Shown here piece by piece: positions 10,501 to 17,940 of a stretch of 32,000 nucleotides of DNA. Numbering within the stretch: the first letter of the stretch is position 1; the number at the start of each line of letters is the position of its first letter. Location: the NCBI GenBank assembly GCA_964565945.1, contig CAZMGY010000021.1:60001-92000 (forward strand). The letters run 5' to 3'. The position numbers and the translations under genes were made by a program. The notes beneath the pieces were generated by a model. The model was not told the origin of the DNA. It searched no databases and saw only the letters and a program-made list of their open reading frames with translations. Source of the stretch: an uncultured bacterium (GTDB taxonomy: Bacteria; GCA-001730085).

Positions 10501-12835
10501 TACAGATCGATGGGCAGATGATTTTGAGAGCGATTATAGTCTAGAGGTAAGTCTACGAGATGGTCAAAAACAAAGTTTGAAAGGAAACGGACATGTTTTC
10601 TCCTGGTCTCAAGAAAGCTCCACATCTAACGGACAGCTCTACTGTGCGTTAGCAGCACTAGAAAAATGGATTTATATTGAAATTGATAAGGACGCAGATG
10701 TAGAGCCTGCGCTCAAGAGACTTATCGAAAACTCAAATTCTGTTGCAATAATAGGCGTGCTCCTAAATGTCGGTAAATACAAACCAAGCTTATTTACAAG
10801 CGCATTACAACCTTTTTTAGGGGTATATGAATTCTATCAAGCCGATGACAACCGCCTTCTAGATGCCGGGCATTGGTATGATGCTGGGGCATGGCCGTGT
10901 GAGGGTGAAAAAATATTTGAAATGGCCAAAGAGTGGCACTTTGCTCCGCACCGGAAAATTCCGTTGCGGCAATTAGCTGTTCAACTTGCTCTCAGTGATA
11001 AAGAGACAGCCTCTTTTATTAAGGAAGCTTCTGAAAGTTGGGAAACACATTCAGTCGAGGAAAAATATGATTTAGAGGTAAGGATATTAAAAGCTGAACT
11101 TGATCCTGAAAATTATAAGCCAGAAAAAGACCAACAATCTGGGCAGACATTATTGAGGTGTTATTACCCAGACAAGCTACAGAAGGACATAGAAGATTTT
11201 CAGAAAAGAAAAAGTCCGAGATGGCATGCTGTTACTATACCTATTCAATGTGAAGAATTATTGGCTTCGTCTCATAACATTACTGATGAAGAGGCTGAGA
11301 GATTAGCTTCTGCACTCAATGTTGTTCCTATAGAAGAAGATGAAGAGAGCATCCTCGCGACAGAAGCGGCGATCGCAGCTACGTTGTTAATAAAGGCACC
11401 TAGCTGGCTAGACAAAAACCCTGATCTTAAAAAGAAAACAAATGAAATTATTCAAAATATAATTTCTAGTATTGGAGACACCTTAGAATCTTTGAGAGCT
11501 ACCGGACATCTTATGAGTGATAGGTCGCTTGCCTTTGCCACTCATGTTGTTGTTGAAGAATTTATAAACAACCCGTCCCATGATAGGGACGTAGATGCTT
11601 CTGTATTAAGAATTTTAACCAGTGGTGACAACCAGGCTGTCTTCATTTTGATGAATGCGGCTTATCAAAATAGAGATAAGCTAGGTGATCGCTGGTGGCG
11701 TCTCATACAAATATCAATCTTTTGTGCTGGACTTAATAGCCTTAGTCCGGGCTTTAGAGAAGATGAAGATAAATCGATTGAATTACGTTGGGCGCGTTGG
11801 TTGATATGGTTGCGCACCCGTGATTTAAACGTTTCAGTAAATGCAGAAGCTATTGACCCAATCGGATTAGCGGTTCGTGTGGATCGTTTAAAAATGGCTC
11901 GTATTAAACGGCTATTTGGAAAAGATACAGACGGACGTTTGCGTTACTATCATCGAGGGTTTTTTGGCCTTGAGACCTACACGTTGGATAAAATGTTTTC
12001 ATGGATGCTGAGTGATCATGGGCAAGGGGCTGACAATAGTTCGGATGTGCGTCTCTTAACTCAAAAACTTTGGGTGTTCGAAGCTTGGAGAAAGCAAAAA
12101 AGCGAAGAAGCCAACGATGAAGATAATGACCGTGATAGCCTTCCAAGCGATTTAGGTTACTCGCTTCTTCAAAAGCTATCAAAGCTTATGCTGACTGCAC
12201 AAAAAGATGAAGCGTCTAAGATTTGGAAGCCGATACTTTCTATGGGCGTAGATGGTCATCATTCTATTGAGCATTTCATTGATGGGTGGCTGCTAGGAGT
12301 GGTTCAAACCAAAAATACAAACTCCCTTTCTCAGTTTTGGAGAGAATTAATTGAGTTTGCGCTCTTATCTCCCAACTGGTCTCCCAATAAATATTGGTAT
12401 AAAGGAGAAGAGTTATTTCGACATCTTTTAGGATTTGGCTTGATTAATCTTGCGGAGTTTGAAGGTGCTCAAAACATTATTTTCGAAATAAAGGATCTGT
12501 ATAAACGTTGGGCTGATACACACCTTTCTCAGGAAGAGGAAAATATAGCAGGCTTTGCATATTTTCTTTCCTCTAAAGTGGGGGCACCTATTCGGTATGA
12601 TGGTCTGCTGTGGATCAGAGACTCCTTGCGACCTCCCAATCCTGCATATTGGCGTCGAATGGAAACCGGACGCTCTCTTGTTGATCTTTTGGATGTTATC
12701 ATTACCGAAGAAACTAAACAAATATCTTCAGATTCTGAGTTTCGCGATGCGTTATTGAGGGTTGCAGCACATTTGGCTGATAGGCAAGTTCCTATTGCAT
12801 TATTGTTGCAAGAGAAGATTCGCCAGGTGCATTAG
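7583..12835 (+). CDS. 1750-aa multidomain protein: Cap4/DUF4297-like PD-(D/E)xK nuclease N-terminus, P-loop NTPase and a long alpha-helical C-terminal region; candidate STAND/Avs-like defence protein
   Basis: TTG start at 7583 follows RBS AAAGGAGA (7571-7578). N-terminal aa 19-89 read GGAGYDFEDLIAAW ... IDDLLV ... LAISCKS. Walker A is GSSGRGKS (aa 316-323, nt 8528-8551). Walker B-like is VLIIDSAE (aa 378-385, nt 8714-8737). The uninterrupted 5.25-kb ORF makes the CDS call safe. The function is inferred from motifs only. Confidence 0.85.
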   Translation: MGKKEARRTKSKSTPRQTGGAGYDFEDLIAAWMMVKMLREIRLPGVEEFGTAIQWQAEVLGWEQIDDLLVTCVVEEEKKKQLAISCKSNMQVSGSGLPFDFLKNAWSLWIKGEPFNKENDCMMLVQKGSNQNFFTAWADLKYWCSEGDVETALARITASQKHSKIYNGVKAPDKSSNYTNEDTIALIRSLEVIPADFHLASSEYEDTSLSHCRDLLQDGSEETAKKLWDWLLKKAKVKRISGGTLQLSELWQELVPAFDLKDHPNFLSSWKSLKAISEEYKRSIEIELPNGHSVIRPAEEDLIEHLRDGPICIVYGSSGRGKSAVVKSTLDKKLSDWNQVWFSPENLDLASSERTRSEVGLLRPLQDVLAHSSEEKNVLIIDSAERINPDSRKIVKSLISNLLIHNGEQKSRLNWRVIIVGQTEAWASGNFHEISGLSSIQPIEISSLDPSDVRAALHSSNHLSWLASDNEALIALGNLKTLAWVMRAGTIFPKGGMNSISLPAIADRLWSYWTKDKIKLQNLLMQLAEREAQFERSFPISGFGIDVSQALDEGLECLPLRKRKETNSIEFEHDLGADWARFQRLKEIKNDISSWAPFASNPLWHNALRMMGQLLLREKTEQGTLWDVVYDEAEKTKVENPLAADILLDSLCLDPFAAHYLNERSDILFADNGARLNRLLKRFHHIATVSNVSSESLDIDPSLKLYLEDMQRLPIYGRWPQIAQFLSDHKEQVSSLISPTISKLCETWLTTTPLYLDPEANTPMPYRKVFAELALSTVRTLQLEQKKGHLWLTDDSEKPLYGAAFAAVNDLPDEVCEWALEMACRRPCKKEIPEALAAYREERRKEHREKLRTDKAYPERHERLRSMPSGISSHRDLPPWPLGPQGSVDNTFRDYCLNSNSMARLMYLRPEVASECLLAMLIDYSRSPLRDDLGLVYSHTGYPTAYWKSPFFQFLQLNSTIAMDSLISLVNFCTDRWADDFESDYSLEVSLRDGQKQSLKGNGHVFSWSQESSTSNGQLYCALAALEKWIYIEIDKDADVEPALKRLIENSNSVAIIGVLLNVGKYKPSLFTSALQPFLGVYEFYQADDNRLLDAGHWYDAGAWPCEGEKIFEMAKEWHFAPHRKIPLRQLAVQLALSDKETASFIKEASESWETHSVEEKYDLEVRILKAELDPENYKPEKDQQSGQTLLRCYYPDKLQKDIEDFQKRKSPRWHAVTIPIQCEELLASSHNITDEEAERLASALNVVPIEEDEESILATEAAIAATLLIKAPSWLDKNPDLKKKTNEIIQNIISSIGDTLESLRATGHLMSDRSLAFATHVVVEEFINNPSHDRDVDASVLRILTSGDNQAVFILMNAAYQNRDKLGDRWWRLIQISIFCAGLNSLSPGFREDEDKSIELRWARWLIWLRTRDLNVSVNAEAIDPIGLAVRVDRLKMARIKRLFGKDTDGRLRYYHRGFFGLETYTLDKMFSWMLSDHGQGADNSSDVRLLTQKLWVFEAWRKQKSEEANDEDNDRDSLPSDLGYSLLQKLSKLMLTAQKDEASKIWKPILSMGVDGHHSIEHFIDGWLLGVVQTKNTNSLSQFWRELIEFALLSPNWSPNKYWYKGEELFRHLLGFGLINLAEFEGAQNIIFEIKDLYKRWADTHLSQEEENIAGFAYFLSSKVGAPIRYDGLLWIRDSLRPPNPAYWRRMETGRSLVDLLDVIITEETKQISSDSEFRDALLRVAAHLADRQVPIALLLQEKIRQVH

Positions 12836-12896
12836 AAGTTTTATTGAATTATCAAACCAAACAATAACAATTTACGTTCACTTTGCACTTTAGTGA

Positions 12897-13109
12897 TTAC
12901 AGGTTACTTTGTGCGTAGTAATCGAGGTAAACCTCTTCAACCTTGTTTCCATTTGGTACTTTGACATCATGATGACCAGTGTCTAATTTTCCCTTTTCAA
13001 TTTGATCTGCAAGTGATCGTAATACCCAAGCCACGGCTTTGCCATTGCTGCAATCAATCTCTATATCGCATTTTAACCGTTCTTCGAAGTCTGGATCACC
13101 ATCGAGCAT
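12897..13109 (-). CDS. Hypothetical small acidic protein (70 aa)
   Basis: ATG at 13109 is preceded on the minus strand by AAGGAG, 8 nt upstream. No recognisable motif. Confidence 0.55.
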   Translation of the reverse strand: MLDGDPDFEERLKCDIEIDCSNGKAVAWVLRSLADQIEKGKLDTGHHDVKVPNGNKVEEVYLDYYAQSNL

Positions 13110-13219
13110 GTTTTAAACTCCTTTGCTGAGCTTTTTTTATATTTGTAGGGCTTCGCTATAGAGCATGATGTGAAAACATTAATGACGAGGTCAGTTTCAG
13201 CTTTTTGACAGAAAAAGCT

Positions 13220-13399
13220 TCAAGGGCATGGTGGCATATAAGTCAATTCACTTTGAATATTTTCAATAGATGCTAAAGCATTTCTTCTTTGATGCGTATG
13301 AGGTTCACTCATCGCAAGTTCGTTAAAAGCATTTCTTAAATATCCATGTAGCTCACTTTCGTTTTTTGCTGCCAATTCAAATCTTGTTACCAGTCTCAT
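13220..13399 (-). CDS. Hypothetical small protein (59 aa; internal start of the 71-aa track ORF)
   Basis: The MRLVTRFELAAK... start at 13399 is preceded by AGGAGG (minus strand ...CAGGAGGTAAAAATG). The longer track start at 13435 lacks an RBS. Confidence 0.5.
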   Translation of the reverse strand: MRLVTRFELAAKNESELHGYLRNAFNELAMSEPHTHQRRNALASIENIQSELTYMPPCP

Positions 13400-13857
13400 T
13401 TTTACCTCCTGTTTGTGGAGGTCGCGTTTATTCACGACCTTTGTTAAAGCCGCTTGTGCGCTGGAAAAATGGACTGCACCTTTGGTCGAAATATATGGAG
13501 AAGCGTGGCAAATCTCATGCTTGCAGTTCTAATGATCTCAAGTGCTTAAATAGGTTTTATAAAAGTCTGATAAAAACGCCCCTCATACAAAAGAGTAAGA
13601 GAGGCTGAATAACTAAATTGTTGGCTCACTTGAAAAAAATAAGAGAGCCAGTTGGTTTAATAGAAAAGATGAAGGACGCTGCGCCCCCTCAAATTCAAGA
13701 ATAATGACGGTTTCCATTTGGGTAAGTCTCAAATAGACCCTCCGCAATTTTTCTGGATTTTTTCACCCCCGCCTAGTCGCCCTAGTCGGCAGAAGTTCAG
13801 GCGCGAGGCAAAAACGCTTCGCTAAGAACTTCAAAACCGAATTTAGGAGATAATAAA

Positions 13858-14370
13858 ATGAGTGCAGAAATTAGAATTTATGTGGCATGTTTGGCAGCGT
13901 ATAACGGCGGTAGATTGCATGGCGTTTGGATTGACGCAACCGATGAGCTGGACGATATTCAAGAGCAAGTAAATATGATGCTAAAAGAAAGCCCAGAGCC
14001 AGACGCAGAAGAATGGGCGATACATGATTACGAGGGTTTTGGTGGTTATAGCGTTAGCGAATATTCAGGGTTTGAAGAGCTTCACGATGTTGCGTCTTTT
14101 ATTGAAGAATATCCAGAAATTGGTGGGGAGCTTTTAGATCATTGCTCAGACCTTGAAGAAGCCAGGAAAGCCATAGAAGAAAGCTATGCAGGATGCCATA
14201 AATCACTTGCAGATTTTGCCGAGGAAACAACCGAGGAAACAACCGAAATTCCTGAGCATTTACGGTATTACATTGATTATGAAAAAATGGGGCGTGATAT
14301 GGAAATGAGCGGAGACGTTTACACAATTGAAACAGGTTATGAGGAAGTGCATATATTTTGGAATCATTAA
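13858..14370 (+). CDS. ardA: Antirestriction protein ArdA (type I R-M inhibitor, DNA mimic family)
   Basis: RBS AGGAGA at 13845-13850. Strongly acidic. Blocks IYVACLAAYNGGRLHGVW, EEWAIHDYEGF and YIDYEKMGRDMEMSG parallel Tn916 ArdA blocks YIANLGKYNEGELVGAW, EEYAIHDYE and YIDYQAYGRDLDLSG (from memory). Confidence 0.9.
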   Translation: MSAEIRIYVACLAAYNGGRLHGVWIDATDELDDIQEQVNMMLKESPEPDAEEWAIHDYEGFGGYSVSEYSGFEELHDVASFIEEYPEIGGELLDHCSDLEEARKAIEESYAGCHKSLADFAEETTEETTEIPEHLRYYIDYEKMGRDMEMSGDVYTIETGYEEVHIFWNH

Positions 14371-14393
14371 AATAAATAATTATCCAAACATTT

Positions 14394-14418
14394 AAGGGCT
14401 CTTCGGAGCCTTTTTTTT
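14394..14418 (+). terminator. Rho-independent terminator after ardA
   Basis: GGCTC (14397-14401), TTCG loop, GAGCC (14406-14410), then a T8 run (14411-14418). Confidence 0.7.
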
Positions 14419-14648
14419 AGTGCTTAAAAAAATCGCCACCGAAAGATGGTACTTTTCGGCGGTTGGTGAGCGTTTCGTCGCTCAATCTCGACCACTGTTT
14501 TGCCAGTGGATTACGACAAGGGTAATATTTATTGTTTGGTAGTTATATGTTTATAGGTGTAACCACTTCTATAATTTGGTGCATTAAGATAGTCTAGTTA
14601 TGTGAGGGGTTAGATATGAAGATAATTGAAGTATCAGGAATATAGAAA

Positions 14649-15692
14649 ATGAAAACTGGTCGAAATGATCCTTGTCCTTGTGGTAGTGGAAAAAAATATA
14701 AGCATTGTTGCCTATCTGTAGCGCGCGCAGTAAATGATGAATTAAGTGATTTGTTGTCAGAACAAGAATTTGACTCAATAGAAGAGATGCAGGCAGCAGC
14801 AGATACCCTTGTGGCAAAACAAAACCTGAAAGCACAAGATTATTTTCTTGGGCTGTCTTCTGAACAAGTTTATCGAATGCTTAATTTTGCCTATGACACA
14901 CCTGAGCTTTTTCAATTTTCTGATCAACTATCCGTAGAGCCTGACGCACCCATCTTGATGTTAATGAATGGTATTGTTTCAGCTATTGATGACAAGGGAT
15001 TAACGGCAACAAAAGCCAGGGGTGGTCTGCCTCAAAAACTCTGTAGAGAAATATGGGATGATTACAGCAAATTATATGCTGATGATACTTTCGCTTCCTT
15101 TCACAAGGTCAATAAAGAAGATGATTTTTTTGAATTACATGTAACGCGCGTTATTCTTGAGTTGGCAGGATTTCTTCGCAAAACCAAGGGGCGCTTCTAT
15201 TTAACCAAAAAATATCAAAAGCTCGCCAGCAAGTCAGGGTTAAAAGGTCTTTATCCCATTATTTTTAAAACTTATTGTAGTGAGTTTAATTGGGGCTACT
15301 GGGATCATTACAATGATGTTCTCTTTATACAGCAATCGTTTTTATTTACTCTGTATTTGTTAAAGCAACATGGCGAGAAGATGACTTTTACTTCGGTCTA
15401 TGAGGATGATTTTCTGCGAGCCGTCCCTATGGTGGTTGATAAAATGGAAGGGTCGTCTTATTCCACCCCAGAAGAAGACTTGCGCCGTTGTTATTCCTCT
15501 AGGGCGATTAAGCGCTTTTTAGTGTTTTTAGGGTTAGCAGAGCTAGAAGTCATTAAGAACAATAAACATTATGACTATCATTATAAGATCAAAAAAACAC
15601 CGCTTTTTGATGCTGTGGTACATTTCAATTTTTTAGGCTCAAAAATCGGTAAGACAATTCATTCAAGTGTTCACAGCGATCATTTGCATTGA
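14649..15692 (+). CDS. SEC-C metal-binding motif protein of unknown function
   Basis: N-terminal GRNDPCPCGSGKKYKHCC is a canonical SEC-C zinc motif. I cannot assign the remaining ~320 aa. Confidence 0.8.
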   Translation: MKTGRNDPCPCGSGKKYKHCCLSVARAVNDELSDLLSEQEFDSIEEMQAAADTLVAKQNLKAQDYFLGLSSEQVYRMLNFAYDTPELFQFSDQLSVEPDAPILMLMNGIVSAIDDKGLTATKARGGLPQKLCREIWDDYSKLYADDTFASFHKVNKEDDFFELHVTRVILELAGFLRKTKGRFYLTKKYQKLASKSGLKGLYPIIFKTYCSEFNWGYWDHYNDVLFIQQSFLFTLYLLKQHGEKMTFTSVYEDDFLRAVPMVVDKMEGSSYSTPEEDLRRCYSSRAIKRFLVFLGLAELEVIKNNKHYDYHYKIKKTPLFDAVVHFNFLGSKIGKTIHSSVHSDHLH

Positions 15693-15924
15693 GCGGGGAA
15701 AATAGATCAATAAGTTTGAAACTAGCTGCATATGCACACTTAGAGTGTGCAAAAGCGCAGATATTTAAACTTACCTGGTGCCTGTTGGTTAGAAACCATT
15801 TTAAAAAAACATAATAAAAACAAGGGAAAATGGTTCTGGCCCCTAATAACGTCATGTTAATAGAAGTAAAAACTTGACGATATTGGTGGTATAGAGTACG
15901 CTATTAAGGTAAGGAGAAATAGCC

Positions 15925-16650
15925 ATGAGTATTGCACAAGCCATTGAAAATTCGGTTAAATCCATGCCTTCTGGCCAGATTTTTGGCTATCAGGAGTTGC
16001 CTAGCTACGCTAAATCACCAGGGGCTGTGATTAAGGCGATTAGCCGTCTGGTGGCTGATAAGAGGTTGGAACGGTTTTCTAAGGGCAAGTTTTACGTACC
16101 CAAAAAAGGCATGTTAGGTGCTAGAAAACCCTCAGATAGTGAGTTGATCCGTTCAATGTTGTACAAGGACGGGCGTTTGCGTGGTTATGTGACTGGCCTA
16201 TCTCTCTATAATCAACTGGGTCTTACAACGCAGGTGCCGCGCACAATTACGGTTGCCTATAACGGTGGTCGTCAGAAAAAAGAATATGGAACAATTCGTA
16301 TTAAGACGGTCGTTACACGTGTTCCGATTAAGGAAAAGGACGTTAAGCTTCTTCAATATTTGGACGCGCTTAAAGACATAAAAAAAATTCTAGATTCTGA
16401 TGTAAATCTTTCTCTTAAGATTATTCGCGGCTATATATCTAAGTTATCTGATCGTGAGCGTAGTCGTTTGGTGGAACTGGCGCTAAATTACTATAACCCT
16501 CAAGTCAGAGCATTGGTTGGCTTATTGTTCACAGATTTAAAACTCTCGGTTCCAAGCTCTTTGGCTCACTCACTTAACCCAACAACGACCTATAAGCTTA
16601 AGCTGGATCGCTCAATGTGGCCAATGGCCAAAGAATGGAATATCCAATAA
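15925..16650 (+). CDS. abiEi: AbiEi-like antitoxin/transcriptional regulator (type IV TA / abortive infection)
   Basis: RBS AAGGAG upstream. An N-terminal winged-helix-like region is followed by a C-terminal domain. The stop TAA shares a base with the ATG of the downstream AbiEii-type gene (TAATG at 16648-16652). Confidence 0.7.
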   Translation: MSIAQAIENSVKSMPSGQIFGYQELPSYAKSPGAVIKAISRLVADKRLERFSKGKFYVPKKGMLGARKPSDSELIRSMLYKDGRLRGYVTGLSLYNQLGLTTQVPRTITVAYNGGRQKKEYGTIRIKTVVTRVPIKEKDVKLLQYLDALKDIKKILDSDVNLSLKIIRGYISKLSDRERSRLVELALNYYNPQVRALVGLLFTDLKLSVPSSLAHSLNPTTTYKLKLDRSMWPMAKEWNIQ

Positions 16651-17602
16651 TGAATTTACATGAGGATGATGAAGCATTTGCAGAATTAGTCGCTGTAACC
16701 GCTGAAACAATAGGCTTGCCGCAGGTCTATGTTGAAAAAGATTATTGGGTTACAAAAGCGCTTAAGAATTTATCAGAATCCAAGCATGTAGGTGAAGTGG
16801 TCTTTAAGGGTGGTACATCTTTATCCAAGGCCTATAGGTTAATTGATCGTTTTTCAGAAGATATTGATTTGGCTGTACTTGCAGGCGGCAAAGGTGATTC
16901 TGCACGTAAGAAACTACTTAAGAGCGTAGAGACTACTGCCAGCGAAGGCCTGATATGTGTGAAAGATGATGCACGGGAATCCAAAGGCTCAAAATTTCGT
17001 AAAACAGTTTATCAATATCCGCGAAGTATAGAAGGTGGTGACTTTGGGCAAGCATCTCCTGAATTATTGATCGAGGTTAATACATTTACCAATCCTGAGC
17101 CTTTTGAAACGCGGGAGCTGCAAACATTTATTGCCGAAGTTCTTACTGAAAAAGGCGAAACAGATTTAATAGCACAATATGTGCTTGAAGGTTTTCCTGT
17201 AAATGTATTGTCGGTCAGGCGTACCCTTGTTGAGAAAATGCTTGGTGTAATTAAAGATAGTTATCATGAAGACCCCGTTGCAAGGATGTCTGTTCGAATT
17301 CGACACATATATGATGTTTGTCTGATATTAAAGAATGATGAATATCGCGACTTTATTGCTAGCGATGAATTTATGTCGCTATGTAATATTTGTATTGAGG
17401 ATGAAAAGGCAGGGTTTTTGCCCCCTCTGATTGTTTCGATACACCATTAGTAGATGCGCCATTATTTTTCAGATTTAAGGATTGGAGTTCCTCTCTTAAT
17501 AATATATATACCGGCGCATTTTCAGATTTGGTGTATGGTGATCTACCAGCAATGGACGAGATTGAAGAAACGTTTAATTTTATCAAAGAGAATTTGAAGT
17601 AA
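16650..17602 (+). pseudogene. abiEii: AbiEii/AbiGii-family nucleotidyltransferase toxin, interrupted by a -1 frameshift in a T5/C5 run (17415-17425)
   Basis: The N-terminal region reads VYVEKDYWVTKAL ... FKGGTSLSKAYRLIDRFSEDIDLAV (NTase GS...DxD signature). The frame stops at 17448-17450. Adding one T to the T5 run restores ...AGFFAPSDCFDTPLVDAPLFFRFKDW...DLVYGDLPAMDEIEETFNFIKENLK*, ending at 17602. Confidence 0.75.
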
Positions 17603-17605
17603 TTA

Positions 17606-17926
17606 CTAAAAAATCCTTGATATTGGGAATTCACTATCTAATAAATTTAAAATATCTTGTGGCAGATATTCCATTGGATCGTCATAGCCAATTCGATATT
17701 GAGGATTATCAACTGGCATATATTCAATTCCATCTTTGCAAACTGAGTAGATGATTGTGTTATGCGGAGACCACCGCGAATATTTCACGGCGTAACCGGC
17801 ATCTTCTAGAACCTGCGCAATGATCGGTGTTTTAACGTCGCCATCGCCATCATCAAAACCAAACTTAGAAAAAGCCTCGCTCCAGTGATAAGAATTGCCG
17901 CAGGATTTACATTTCAAATCGTTCAT
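17606..17926 (-). CDS. Hypothetical protein (106 aa), last gene of the mob operon
   Basis: ATG at 17926 follows a purine-rich AAGGAAAGGAAAG stretch. It starts 14 nt after the relaxase stop on the same strand. There is a single CxxC near the N-terminus and no family assignment. Confidence 0.55.
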   Translation of the reverse strand: MNDLKCKSCGNSYHWSEAFSKFGFDDGDGDVKTPIIAQVLEDAGYAVKYSRWSPHNTIIYSVCKDGIEYMPVDNPQYRIGYDDPMEYLPQDILNLLDSEFPISRIF

Positions 17927-17940
17927 ATTCTTTCCTTTCC

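Noticed and set aside
13199-13219. Palindrome AGCTTTTT-GACAG-AAAAAGCT just after the 59-aa gene stop, considered as a terminator
   Set aside because: The stem is almost entirely A/T and no U-tract follows on the gene strand. It is too weak to call.
13366-13608. 80-aa plus-strand ORF in the ardA leader region
   Set aside because: It has no RBS, overlaps the start of the better-supported minus-strand small gene and translates to a Cys/Leu/Pro-rich sequence. It is probably non-coding.
14221-14246. Tandem 12-nt repeat GAGGAAACAACC x2 in ardA (EETTEETTE)
   Set aside because: It is a short in-frame duplication within an acidic linker, with only two copies and no sign of variability or regulatory meaning.
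15625-15855. 76-aa minus-strand ORF between the SEC-C gene and abiEi
   Set aside because: It has no RBS, spans the intergenic palindromes and overlaps the SEC-C 3' end. It is probably spurious.
17371-17634. 87-aa minus-strand ORF
   Set aside because: It lies antisense to the frameshifted C-terminal part of abiEii, whose alternative-frame translation is clearly family-like.
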